A DNA stretch of 63,379 nucleotides, the filler included, from Octopus bimaculoides (taxonomy: Eukaryota), in NCBI RefSeq assembly GCF_001194135.2. It is 5 parts of 5 records of this genome, joined end to end, with 100 filler letters (N's around TTAATTAATTAA, not from the genome) between each part and the next. Parts side by side here need not be neighbours in the genome. Positions count along the whole stretch, not along the records: positions 50,439 to 59,075 come from NC_068992.1; positions 59,176 to 63,379 come from NC_069008.1; 3 more parts are not named here. One strand, written 5' to 3'. The notes beneath the pieces are model-generated. The model did no database searches. It saw only the letters and a list, made by a program, of their open reading frames with translations, and had not been told where the DNA came from. Made by a program: the position numbers and the translations under genes. The first letter of the stretch is position 1. Every line of letters starts with the position of its first letter. Shown one piece after another: positions 53,576 to 63,379 of the stretch.

Positions 53576-53900
53576 TGTATGTATGTTATGTATGTATTCA
53601 TGCGCAACTTCGATTTTATATACACATACATGTACACACGTATAAACATATACATCTGCATCTATACACTCATACACGCATACATATATCAATTACAGTG
53701 TAAAAGTGATATTAAATAGCACACAAACACTGTTATATTTGCTCTTATATTTATTTCTGGAGGACTTTCTGGTCAGGGACTAACTATAATTTATGGAAAT
53801 CTCAGACTTGGCAGTGCTACCAGAGGGTATTGGTGGTTCGAAATTAATTCTACATACATAAAAGTGCTGTCAGACAGCACCTGTTCTAAATGTTCTCCAG

Positions 53901-54072
53901 CTGCTGCAGTTACTACTGCAGCACCTGTTCTCCACGCCCTCGTCCAGTACCCGAACATCGTTGACACATGGGTTAATGTCGAGTGGCTGCTTTTGTGTCT
54001 AAGACGGATCCGGCTCTCAACCGAGTGCATTGTGAAAATCAATCCGCCGCCTTCCTTTGACCAGGAAGCACA
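53901..54072 (+). CDS. Candidate exon 2 of the 96-aa orphan protein
   Basis: tgttctccag acceptor and gtgagt donor. 172 bp, phase 1-2, open in the required frame. Confidence 0.55.
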
Positions 54073-54097
54073 GTGAGTGTTTATTTGTCAGGTAGCC

Positions 54098-54146
<49 letters not shown>

Positions 54147-54147
54147 G

Positions 54148-54209
<62 letters not shown>

Positions 54210-54325
54210 CATTGCCTTTGCACAGCTTCTAACGCTGGAGATGTACTACAGTGTCAGCTGTTCACTACCATTGAACTAAGGTAACACCCCTTATTTTCCG
54301 AGCACCTTCCGGAGTATTCGAGCGG

Positions 54326-54403
<78 letters not shown>

Positions 54404-54812
54404 TATCATCATCATCATCATCATCATTATTATTATTGTTATTATCATTATCATTTCTTTTGTGTTTTGTTTTACATCTTGTTGGGTCATATTTCAAAGT
54501 ACGAGCCTAAAGTGCAACATATATGTTACCATAGAATGTGGACTGTTCTCAAGAGAACGATCTGGGCAGATGTTGGTTTTTTTCGTGGGGCATTTTTCCT
54601 TCCCTGTATGAAATATTCACCCATGATGACCACTGATTTATTTCGGTCTTCATAAGTAACATCTTTTTGACATCGGTCTCCGAGCTCTCTCTGACTTGCA
54701 CTGAAGTGCAATTCACTCTGGAGGGAACTGTTATACTAATGAGTATATACCTCTCATCGTTCCAGTCCTCGATTGCAATGTCAAGCTTATTGGCTATTTT
54801 TTTCTCTATCAG

Positions 54813-54897
54813 TGTGAATGGACATGTAGAGGAGAAAGACATTGATGTTGTCAATGACTGGTGGTCATACCACTCTTCAGCCGTCTTCATCTTGTAA
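54813..54897 (+). CDS. Candidate terminal exon of the 96-aa orphan protein (HVNGHVEEKDIDVVNDWWSYHSSAVFIL-stop)
   Basis: Strong tatttttttctctatcag acceptor. The phase 2 start matches exon 2. Confidence 0.5.
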
Positions 54898-55231
54898 TTC
54901 ATGCATATTTTCTAATGCATGAATGCCGCTATTTTGTTGTGCCAAAGAATGTATTCAATCTTCGCCATTTCCATGCTTTCAGTAGCAAGGAGTTCTCCGG
55001 TTTGAAACTATTTTCCCCCTTCTTCTTCCCATCAACTCTCTGACCCTATAAACAGCTATTGGTATTGCCTTTATTCCTGATTACCGGTTTAAAGAAGAAA
55101 AAAAAGCAATAAAGGTTCAATTTGAAAAGCAAGCCTCTTGACATTTCCTCACTAGACCGCACGATACGCGGCTGCAAAGGTCATCAGCACTGTTTTTTCC
55201 CTCCGATTAAATTATGTTAAAAGCACCGGCA

Positions 55232-55460
55232 GAATCGTAACCGCATCGAACAAAATGTTTGGCGGCATTTTTTCCGATTTTACGTTCTGACTTCAAATCC
55301 ACCGATGTCGACTTTGCTTTTAATACTTTGGGGTACAATTTTGCCTTCCATCCTTTCGAGATCGATAAAATAAATACCGGTTCAGTATTGGGGGTCAATG
55401 TAATTGATTTATTCACTCCTCAGAAATTGCTGGCCTTGTGTCACAATTTGAAACCAAGCT
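55232..55460 (+). mobile_element. SINE family B
   Basis: caaattcc...gtcgactttgc...catcctttcg.gatcgataaaataa body. Confidence 0.8.
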
Positions 55461-55925
55461 ACGTCAAAAGCATAAGTTACCGGAACTCTTTAACCCATTT
55501 GAACCCAGGCGAAATTTTGAAGACTGCTATATAAACAGGGATGACAAACATATGAAAGCGTCCAGTTAACTTTCATTACAGTAAGTAAACCAAATACAAT
55601 GGTTAAATAAATACCACATACAACTGTCCTCAAACGAGGACAGTGGGTTAAAATGAGTTAATATTATAGCAATGTCTTCGGATGAGGAGTTTGCCACCTG
55701 GTTTCGATATCCGGCTGAGTTTCATTAGTTTTCATCAAAATAAAAAAAAGATATGAATGTTGCGTAATTTCTTATAATAAACTCGTGGCCTTGTGCTAGA
55801 GAACTGCAATAGAATACGATTTTAAATAGTAGGAATTGCTTAAGTTTCTAGTATTTTTGACTAAACAGAATATCAAATAGCACTTGATACAATGTGAATA
55901 TAGTAAATATTTTTGTGTTTCGTTG

Positions 55926-56048
55926 TGTCTAAGGAGAGTCATCGTGCCAATATAATTAATACACACATTGGTTCAATTCCACTCATTTATTAAATATCCG
56001 ATTTTAATTTTGTGTTAAGTATATTGGCATGGTGACTTTCCCTAGACG
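55926..56048. repeat. Short inverted-repeat element with 28-bp arms (mini-MITE or hairpin)
   Basis: gtctaaggagagtcatcgtgccaatata and tatattggcatggtgactttccctagac pair with about 4 mismatches. Confidence 0.65.
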
Positions 56049-56865
56049 CATGAATTCACATAATGAATCTTACAAACCAGATACAAAAACGAAGTAAATT
56101 TTTATGTGTGAAATCACAATATTTATGACATTTTACTATCTTCCAAACTTACTTAGCCAATTAGAGATGAATAAAACAGTGATATATGTTGCGACTATGA
56201 ACCGCATTTTTCTTTTTTTTTAGTTTTTTGTGGCTAATCAAGGGATAGTTGAAACAGTTTTTCTGGATTTCAAGGTTTATACTTTCTTCTGAATGCATAA
56301 ATATATCCATTTATTGACTTCTTGTTTTCAGCTAGAAGTTGCATGTAAACAACACGAGTTGTACTTTCACTGGCGCTGAACAACTGAATTAAATAGAACG
56401 CCATGCCGTCTCTCAAACACATGTTTAATGTTCAACGCGAATAATATTGTTTTGCTGCCAGGTTATATTACACGGAAATATATATATATATATATATATA
56501 TANNNNNNNNNNNNNNNNNNNNNNNNNNNNNNNNNNNNNNNNNNNNNNNNNNNNNNNNNNNNNNNNNNNNNNNNNNNNNNNNNNNNNNNNNNNNNNNNNN
56601 NNNNNNNNNNNNNNNNNNNNNNNNNNNNNNNNNNNNNNNNNNNNNNNNNNNNNNNNNNNNNNNNNNNNNNNNNNNNNNNNNNNNNNNNNNNACTGCACGA
56701 TAAAGTGAAGTATATTGCCACTTAAGTGTGGCTGACCCCTAGGGGTGGATGTTACTGTTGCTTTTAGCCCCAGGAGGACATCTCCTCCAGCTGGCTTATC
56801 GACACACTACTGTGTCCTGTTTGTTTTGCCAAGGGAAGTTATCCCTCTCATCTTGATCTGTAGCA

Positions 56866-56910
56866 CGAACGGACCCGGGTTTCAGGGTTATTTCCCTTCG
56901 TCAGCGTCCG
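56866..56910 (-). ncRNA. Type I hammerhead ribozyme with canonical core
   Basis: Minus strand reads CGGACG-CTGACGA-AGGG-AAATAA-CCCT-GAAA-CCCGGG-TC-CGTTCG. It has stem I (one G-U pair), CUGANGA, stem II, GAAA, a palindromic stem III and a GUC cleavage triplet. Confidence 0.85.
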
Positions 56911-57576
56911 ATAGCCACCGATCTTCGATGAGAGGTATAAATTCTTGGCAACCTTATGTATACTTTTCCAGTGAAATTCTTCACTGATATCGAAAAGGTG
57001 AAAACAAGCAATGTTAATTCTCTAAATGAAGTATTAACAGTAAATGCACGATAAAGTGAAGTGTATTGTGGTGGTGGTGGTGATTGCCTCATCTTGTCAG
57101 ATGATGGCCGTCTGACATCCTGGTAGTGGAACATCTGTACGTTATTGAATTTAAGTGGCAAATGCTTGCAACAATACTTTTGCTAGTCTTTCGCTCGTCA
57201 GAGTAGGTTTCAGTGAGAATCATTGCCAGATGAGTGGTACAATTTTGACAACAAGTTTCATGTCAAAGTATCTTTCTCCTGGAATAGCTACCTTCCCCAC
57301 AGCTTTCTTAAAAATAATGGAACCTTACTCTACCCTTGAAAAATGTATTTAACCCTTAGATAGAACCTGAGAGGTACTACCATTTCGGGTCAGAGTGGAC
57401 CTGGAAGTAATGGTAATTAAGGGATGACTCCACGATACCCAAAACACCCAAACTCCCAAACTCCCAAACTCCCAAACCAGAGCCTCACCATTGAGCACTG
57501 GGGAGTCGATGTAATCAACTGGACCCCTACGACAAAATTTCAGGGCTTGTGTCTATAGTTGAACGTATTATTATTA

Positions 57577-57671
<95 letters not shown>

Positions 57672-57674
<3 letters not shown>

Positions 57675-58520
57675 TAGTTTTATTTTTATAACGTACTTTC
57701 ACTTCACTACCGAGCGCAGCTCTGTGCGCCTTGGGTATGTGCTGTGGTTTGCTGTGGTGCTCTTATGTTTACTGTATTGAAAGTGTTTTGCGTAGAATGT
57801 GTGCAGTACCCAGTAGTGCAATTTTCTGTATGTTATATATATTTGTAAGTCCTGGTGTTTTTGTTATGTATTTGTCTGAATATTTTTTTATTATACCTAA
57901 GGCACCTACTATGATANNNNNNNNNNNNNNNNNNNNNNNNNNNNNNNNNNNNNNNNNNNNNNNNNNNNNNNNNNNNNNNNNNNNNNNNNNNNNNNNNNNN
58001 NNNNNNNNNNNNNNNNNNNNNNNNNNNNNNNNNNNNNNNNNNNNNNNNNNNNNNNNNNNNNNNNNNNNNNNNNNNNNNNNNNNNNNNNNNNNNNNNNNNN
58101 NNNNNNNNNNNNNNNNNNNNNNNNNNNNNNNNNNNNNNNNNNNNNNNNNNNNNNNNNNNNNNNNNNNNNNNNNNNNNNNNNNNNNNNNNNNNNNNNNNNN
58201 NNNNNNNNNNNNNNNNNNNNNNNNNNNNNNNNNNNNNNNNNNNNNNNNNNNNNNNNNNNNNNNNNNNNNNNNNNNNNNNNNNNNNNNNNNNNNNNNNNNN
58301 NNNNNNNNNNNNNNNNNNNNNNNNNNNNNNNNNNNNNNNNNNNNNNNNNNNNNNNNNNNNNNNNNNNNNNNNNNNNNNNNNNNNNNNNNNNNNNNNNNNN
58401 NNNNNNNNNNNNNNNNNNNNNNNNNNNNNAATATGATTTATTGTTTCTTGTCGATCTCCACATATTCTACAGTTACTTGTTATATTTCTTTTCATTATGT
58501 GTTTTTGGTAATTTCTGGTG

Positions 58521-58521
<1 letters not shown>
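57672..58521 (-). mobile_element. 5'-truncated R4/Dong-like retrotransposon inside an (ATT)n tract; middle lies in a gap
   Basis: RNYQKHIMKRNITSNCRICGDRQETINHI (CCHC knuckle) and IIVGALGIIKK...IQKIALLGTAHILRKTLSIQ-stop. (TAA)n on both sides. Confidence 0.88.
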
Positions 58522-58569
<48 letters not shown>

Positions 58570-58573
<4 letters not shown>

Positions 58574-58934
58574 TCCGCCTTAGCGAAGAGGGGGTATTGT
58601 TTTTAGTTGTGCTTGTTTATTTGTTTGTCCGTGGACAAGATATCTCAAGGACTGCTGGATGGATTCGGATGAAACTTTCAGGGATGATTGGCCACGAGAC
58701 TGGATGAACTGATTAGATTTTGGGATCTATCCGGTACCGGAGAAGAATTCTGGATTATTTTTCCTGTTTTTTTTTTTTACTTAATTTTTTAGAATAGTCG
58801 GGTTCACTTTTAGTATTTTCGTTTGTGAGAGCAGCTGAGTTTATTTTAGATATTCTCATTTTAAAAATCCTCTCTGGCTAATCACTGATTGGACGTTGGT
58901 GTTGCCTTGGCGGAAGTTTACGCTCTCTGAGTGT
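58570..58934 (+). mobile_element. Non-autonomous Helentron/HINE-type element
   Basis: 5' subterminal ACCTCCGCC pairs with 3' GGCGGAAGT. Terminal hairpin CGCTC-TCT-GAGTG. T-rich flanks. Confidence 0.7.
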
Positions 58935-58941
58935 TATTGTT

Positions 58942-59075
<134 letters not shown>

Positions 59076-59175
59076 NNNNNNNNNNNNNNNNNNNNNNNNN
59101 NNNNNNNNNNNNNNNNNNNTTAATTAATTAANNNNNNNNNNNNNNNNNNNNNNNNNNNNNNNNNNNNNNNNNNNN

Positions 59176-59207
<32 letters not shown>

Positions 59208-59251
59208 CATATGTATGTATATATACATATATACATATATATATACATATG

Positions 59252-59284
<33 letters not shown>

Positions 59285-59291
59285 ACATATG

Positions 59292-59324
<33 letters not shown>

Positions 59325-59588
59325 ACATATGTATGTTTATATTTATAACATTTACACAAACATATAAATACATACATATATATAATAGTGATATAATAAA
59401 TATAATAATATAATAATCATGCCCATATAGCAGTAACATATAAGCTCATATATACATGCAATGGCTGATATATAACATAGAGAGCCACAATGAAACATAT
59501 ACCACCACGACCACCCCCATCGACATAACAACAGACACAGAATACAATATATATAAATGATTGAAGAGACTGCAATTGGTTGTCTTAC

Positions 59589-59784
59589 TCGTTATAATCA
59601 ATAACTGTAAGTGCGTTTTGTTCGAGTGGCGTTGCGTAGGAGACGACGGTGCCGTAGTTGGTTGTGTCTTTAGTCTTCATCCAGAAGGTCAACGTGAATG
59701 CCGACAGGGGACGCTGCATCTTCACCGCTGTGTACGACATCGTGCTGGGTCCATCAAATTGCAGGCTGTAGCTCCCGTCGACCT
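59589..59784 (-). CDS. SVEP1: SVEP1-like exon, N-terminal part of pentraxin domain (EVDGSYSLQFDGPSTMSYTAVKMQRPLSAFTLTFWMKTKDTTNYGTVVSYATPLEQNALTVIDYN)
   Basis: 196 bp, phase 1-2, ttttgttcag acceptor and gtaaga donor. The FT.TFWMK and NYGT..SYA...N.L...DYN motifs after tandem EGFs match the SVEP1/polydom architecture as recalled. Confidence 0.9.
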
Positions 59785-59917
59785 CTGAACAAAAGACCAA
59801 CAGGAAATAGGGTCGATATTGTTTAGGGTAGAGGGGAGTAAGGATGGGACAAGAATAAAGATGAAATATTAAAGAAAAAGAAAATATATGTGTTTGTGTG
59901 TGTGTATTATATACGTG

Positions 59918-59966
<49 letters not shown>

Positions 59967-60184
59967 ATGTATAAATATATATAAATATATATATGTGTGT
60001 GTATATATATATATAACACGATTCCTTCAAAGTGGTGTGAAACATCCAATTCACTGATACAACAGTTGTACACCACAGAAATAAGGGTATAAATACAAAT
60101 TACAAATAAGCTAAATAGAGAAATACAATTGACAATCTAACAATTTATTTACCTTACATGTATGGTAAATAAGGTGTATGTATG

Positions 60185-60259
<75 letters not shown>

Positions 60260-60387
60260 ATATATGTATGTATGTATGTGTGTACTTGTGCATGTATGTA
60301 ACTTTGACTCGATCAGACTCTTTCTGTGTCAGTTCCTATTCATCTCTCCATTTTCTCTCTTTCATTCCCTTCTCTTTGGCCCCTCAC

Positions 60388-60545
60388 CTGTTTCACAGCT
60401 CAGCCCCGTGTACTGCGAATGACAGTGGCAGACGAAACCGTTGATCTTATCTTCACAACTTCCGGCATTCTTACATGGGTTCGATTCACATTCATTGAGT
60501 TCCTGTTCACATTTCTTTCCTGTGAAACCTGGCACACACTGGCAC
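60388..60545 (-). CDS. SVEP1: SVEP1-like exon, EGF repeats (CQCVPGFTGKKCEQELNECESNPCKNAGSCEDKINGFVCHCHSQYTGLSCET)
   Basis: 158 bp, phase 2-1, tttccctccag acceptor and gtgagg donor. In frame with both neighbouring exons. Confidence 0.94.
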
Positions 60546-60597
60546 CTGGAGGGAAACATGACAAACAGGTAGAAAAATATGCAGACTGGTACGCACG

Positions 60598-60656
<59 letters not shown>

Positions 60657-60691
60657 GCGCTCACCTATAGCAAATGGCATCGAATATTTAC

Positions 60692-60899
60692 CTGTAGCCA
60701 TCGTCGTCCTCCTCGTCGAAACAGGTAGCGTTGTTCTGACAGGGCGCCGCATGACACAGATCGACGTTGATTTCACAGTTGATGCCTGTAAATCCGGACC
60801 TACATTGACACTTGTAGTCATCTAGAAGGTCCCTGCATGTGCCACCGTTGAGGCACGTGTCGTTGGCACACTCGTCTGTGTTCTTCTCGCATGTGTCAC
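60692..60899 (-). CDS. SVEP1: SVEP1-like exon, EGF repeats (DTCEKNTDECANDTCLNGGTCRDLLDDYKCQCRSGFTGINCEINVDLCHAAPCQNNATCFDEEDDDGY)
   Basis: 208 bp, phase 1-2, ccag acceptor and gtaaat donor. Open frame with calcium-binding-type EGF pattern. Not shown in this frame in the ORF track; translated by hand. Confidence 0.92.
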
Positions 60900-61119
60900 C
60901 TGGTTTAAGTTGTTGTTGTTGATGTTGTTGTTGTTGTGAGGCAACAACAAATACGAGAAAATAACAAAAAGGAAAAGATTTATTCTACCTTTACGACGAC
61001 AACAACAGCAACAACAACACTACTTGGAATAAAGATCAGTTTGCAAAAGTGCTGGAGACTGAGAAATATAAGATTTTATGGACTTATTCCAATTTAAAGG
61101 GTTAAGGAAGGAGAATATC

Positions 61120-61330
61120 AACTGATACTGGTCTTCCGTCGGTTACGACGAGGAGTATTCCAGCTGATCTGATCAACAGAACAACCTGCTCGTGAAATTA
61201 ACGTGCAAGTGGCTGAGTACCTCACAGACACGTGTGCACTTAATATGGTTCTCCGGTTGTGGTGCATGTGCCTGGTGTACCCTTATCAGACGGGTAGTCA
61301 TGATGGGTATACTGGGCTTCGTATATTTTA
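61120..61330 (+). mobile_element. Interspersed repeat, also present inverted at about 1715-1880
   Basis: gatcaac.gaac..cc.gc.cgtgaa.tt.acg.gcaagtggctgag.ac..cacaga.acgtgt is shared between the two copies. Confidence 0.75.
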
Positions 61331-61339
61331 CCCCAGAGA

Positions 61340-62450
61340 TTATCTCACACTTGTTGCACATGGATGAAATTATATACAAAACGTTGCAAGGATCTGAAAG
61401 GATTATTAATAACTTGGAAAGAATTCAGTGGTGATATCAATATGGAATTTGGCCTTGACAAGTGGGTAGAAGCTACATTAAAATGCGGTAAAATAGTATC
61501 TCGATCCAACTTGATAATGATACAACCATCACGCAAAAGAGAAGGGAAGTCAGCAATTATTCGATCCATTGCTTGCTTACCATTACTCTGCAAACTGTTA
61601 ACTGGCCTCATATCGGATGAAGTGTATAATTTACTGGAAAAGGAGAATTTTTTTGCCAGAGAAGCAAAACAGGATGCAGAAAGAAGTCAAGGAAAACTGA
61701 TTGTCTGTTGTATTTTGATAGAATATTAAACGAGGGATGAGTAAGGAAGGATTTAGCTGTTGGATGGAAAGATTGCGAGAAGGCAGACGACAATGTCCTA
61801 CATAGCTGGCTCTTGGATTGCATGCGGACGCTCGGTGTCAATGAGAAGATAAACAGTTTTTCGGGGAAAAGCAATGAGAATGTAGGAAGTAGAACTGACA
61901 GAAGCAAATTAATCGCTAGGAAACATGAAGATACGCAGTGGTATTTTCCAGGCAGACTCACACTCTCCGTTAATATTCGTCATTGCATTGATCTCTCTGA
62001 CAAATATCCTAAGAAAATCCTGGTGTGACAACGAACTTGCCAAAACCAAGTTGTAAATAGATCACCTGCTTTATATGATCTGAAACTGTTTACGAAAAAT
62101 CAAAATCGAAACAGTAAAGGTTATTTGTTTGTAGCTCGGAGTAATGGATGAACGATTTTAGTTATGCAGAAAGGCTAAAAGATTAAACTCTGATGGTTGC
62201 CACAAGATGATATCATTAGCTTGCCGAGGGATAAGAGGGGTGTGTTGCGGGATGATCGCATAATGGAAAGGGAAATGAGAGTTTCGAAGGCGAAGAGCGA
62301 AGACTCAAGAAAGTTCAGGCAACGAAGCTAAAAGAGGGAAATATTGTCAAAGTGATGAATACATGAGTCATGACTGCGTTAAGATTTGATATTTCGGTTC
62401 GTTTCTGAAGCAGATTAAAAGCTGAAAGAATTAAAAGCTGGAAGCCTTGT
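61340..62450 (+). mobile_element. Decayed R4/Dong-like reverse transcriptase fragments in an SVEP1-like intron (antisense)
   Basis: KLY...FSGDINMEFGLDK, RSIACLPLLCKLLTGLISDEVY, W.DCEKADDNVLHSWLLDCM and HLLYM/DLKLF motifs. Confidence 0.75.
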
Positions 62451-62559
62451 CATAATGCACAAAGCATTTTATTCTGAAGACGATGTCTTTTGTTTATGAA
62501 AAGAAAGTCGGAAAGAAACCGTTTAGTGTAAAGGATTATGGAGAAAAGAGAAATTGAAA

Positions 62560-62820
62560 TGAAAGGAAAGAAATTATTTTGGGATTGAAAGAGTTCGGGT
62601 GATAAGAAGGAAGAAAACAACGAGATGGAAGAGAGTTGCAAAGAGTGACAGTGGGAGGGAAAAGGCTACCACGGTCGAAAGATTTCCTTCTTGGTGGAAG
62701 TACAACAATATTTGGATGAAGTCGGTGTGATAAAGGTTGCAGAGATGGAACAAGAGAGGGACCAGTCGAATTAGGGACTCGCTTCTGAACCCCGTCAAAG
62801 TTGTTCAACAGCAACAAGGT
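62560..62820 (-). mobile_element. 3' fragment of a Jockey/CR1-group LINE
   Basis: SLFPPTVTLCNSLPSRCFLPSY resembles the SFFPRT..LWNSLP...FP motif. Confidence 0.55.
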
Positions 62821-62842
62821 GTTATAAAATTCCTTTACTGAC

Positions 62843-62956
62843 CTTCAAATCCAGAGAAACAGGAACATTTGAAACCTGACAGTGTGTTTTCACATATCCC
62901 TCCATTACGACACGGGGTAGAGAGGCAGGCATTCGTACCAAATTCACATTTCTTAC
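62843..62956 (-). CDS. SVEP1: SVEP1-like gene, internal exon encoding one EGF repeat (KKCEFGTNACLSTPCRNGGICENTLSGFKCSCFSGFE)
   Basis: 114-bp phase 1-1 exon with tttattttag acceptor and gtcagt donor. Has EGF cysteine spacing and splices in frame to the next exon. Confidence 0.93.
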
Positions 62957-63149
62957 CTAAAATAAACATTTTGCAGAACCACGTCAGTGACCAGGTCGCA
63001 GCTGATGTGATGACAATTTTGACACCAAATAATGAAGGTTTAAAAGAAGACAAACAGTCTTCGTGTGTCTTTCAACGGTTGATACGAGTGTTTCCTGCTG
63101 TGATTGTTTTAGTTTCAATTCACGACTCTCACATCAAATCCCTTCCCTG

Positions 63150-63196
<47 letters not shown>

Positions 63197-63379
63197 CATG
63201 ACCTGATGGTTAGGCTGTTGCACATTTAATTAAGCAATTACCTACTTCAAGTGAATCTTTATGATATCTTTATATATAAATGTATGATTCAATTGGAGGT
63301 TATGTTGGCCTCGTGAAGGGATGATATCATCCAAGGAAAAACTGTTTCAATACCCAATATATTTGAGGGAGATTAATAT

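Noticed and set aside
53791-54042. 83-aa minus-strand ORF
   Set aside because: It is the antisense shadow of the candidate exon at 53901-54072.
54549-54902. 117-aa minus-strand ORF (MKTAEEWYDHQ...)
   Set aside because: No recognisable motif or splice signals. It overlaps antisense to a better-supported plus-strand exon, but is not formally excluded.
57180-57210. CTGACGA-GC-GAAA on the minus strand as a hammerhead
   Set aside because: No stem II loop, no stem III and no cleavage triplet, so likely chance.
60507-60821. 104-aa minus-strand ORF in the track
   Set aside because: It is an alternative frame over the EGF exons plus intronic (TG)n.
62952-62958. AG|GTAAG at an exon start as a recursive splice site
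   Set aside because: Expected from a phase-1 split Gly codon. The same pattern occurs at 17602 and 60899.

Overview
Eukaryotic, AT-rich, microsatellite-dense DNA. The SINE repertoire and gene content point to a cephalopod, probably Octopus; this is inferred from recalled repeat sequences, not from a search. About a sixth of the window is N. Four 100-bp gaps carry an artificial TTAATTAATTAA linker, so the window is five joined pieces whose true adjacency is uncertain. Most ORFs in the supplied track are microsatellite or gap artefacts. Supported genes: (1) four phase-compatible minus-strand exons of an SVEP1-like gene (4 EGF repeats plus the start of the pentraxin domain, 59589-62956); (2) a plus-strand gene of at least 4 exons with a PAN/apple-like module and an uncharacterised domain (17188-21559); (3) a candidate 3-exon, 96-aa orphan gene (53106-54897). 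The rest is mostly mobile DNA: several tRNA-derived SINE families, RTE, R4/Dong-like, Tx1-like and Penelope-like fragments, Chapaev-like and mariner transposase relics, a Helentron-type element and MITEs. Highlights are one fully canonical hammerhead ribozyme (56866-56910, minus) with decayed relatives, two 8-bp-TSD MITEs that share arms but carry different telomere-repeat cores, and two retrotransposons embedded in microsatellites. No rRNA, true tRNA or CRISPR array is supported. Family assignments come from motif recall and need database confirmation.
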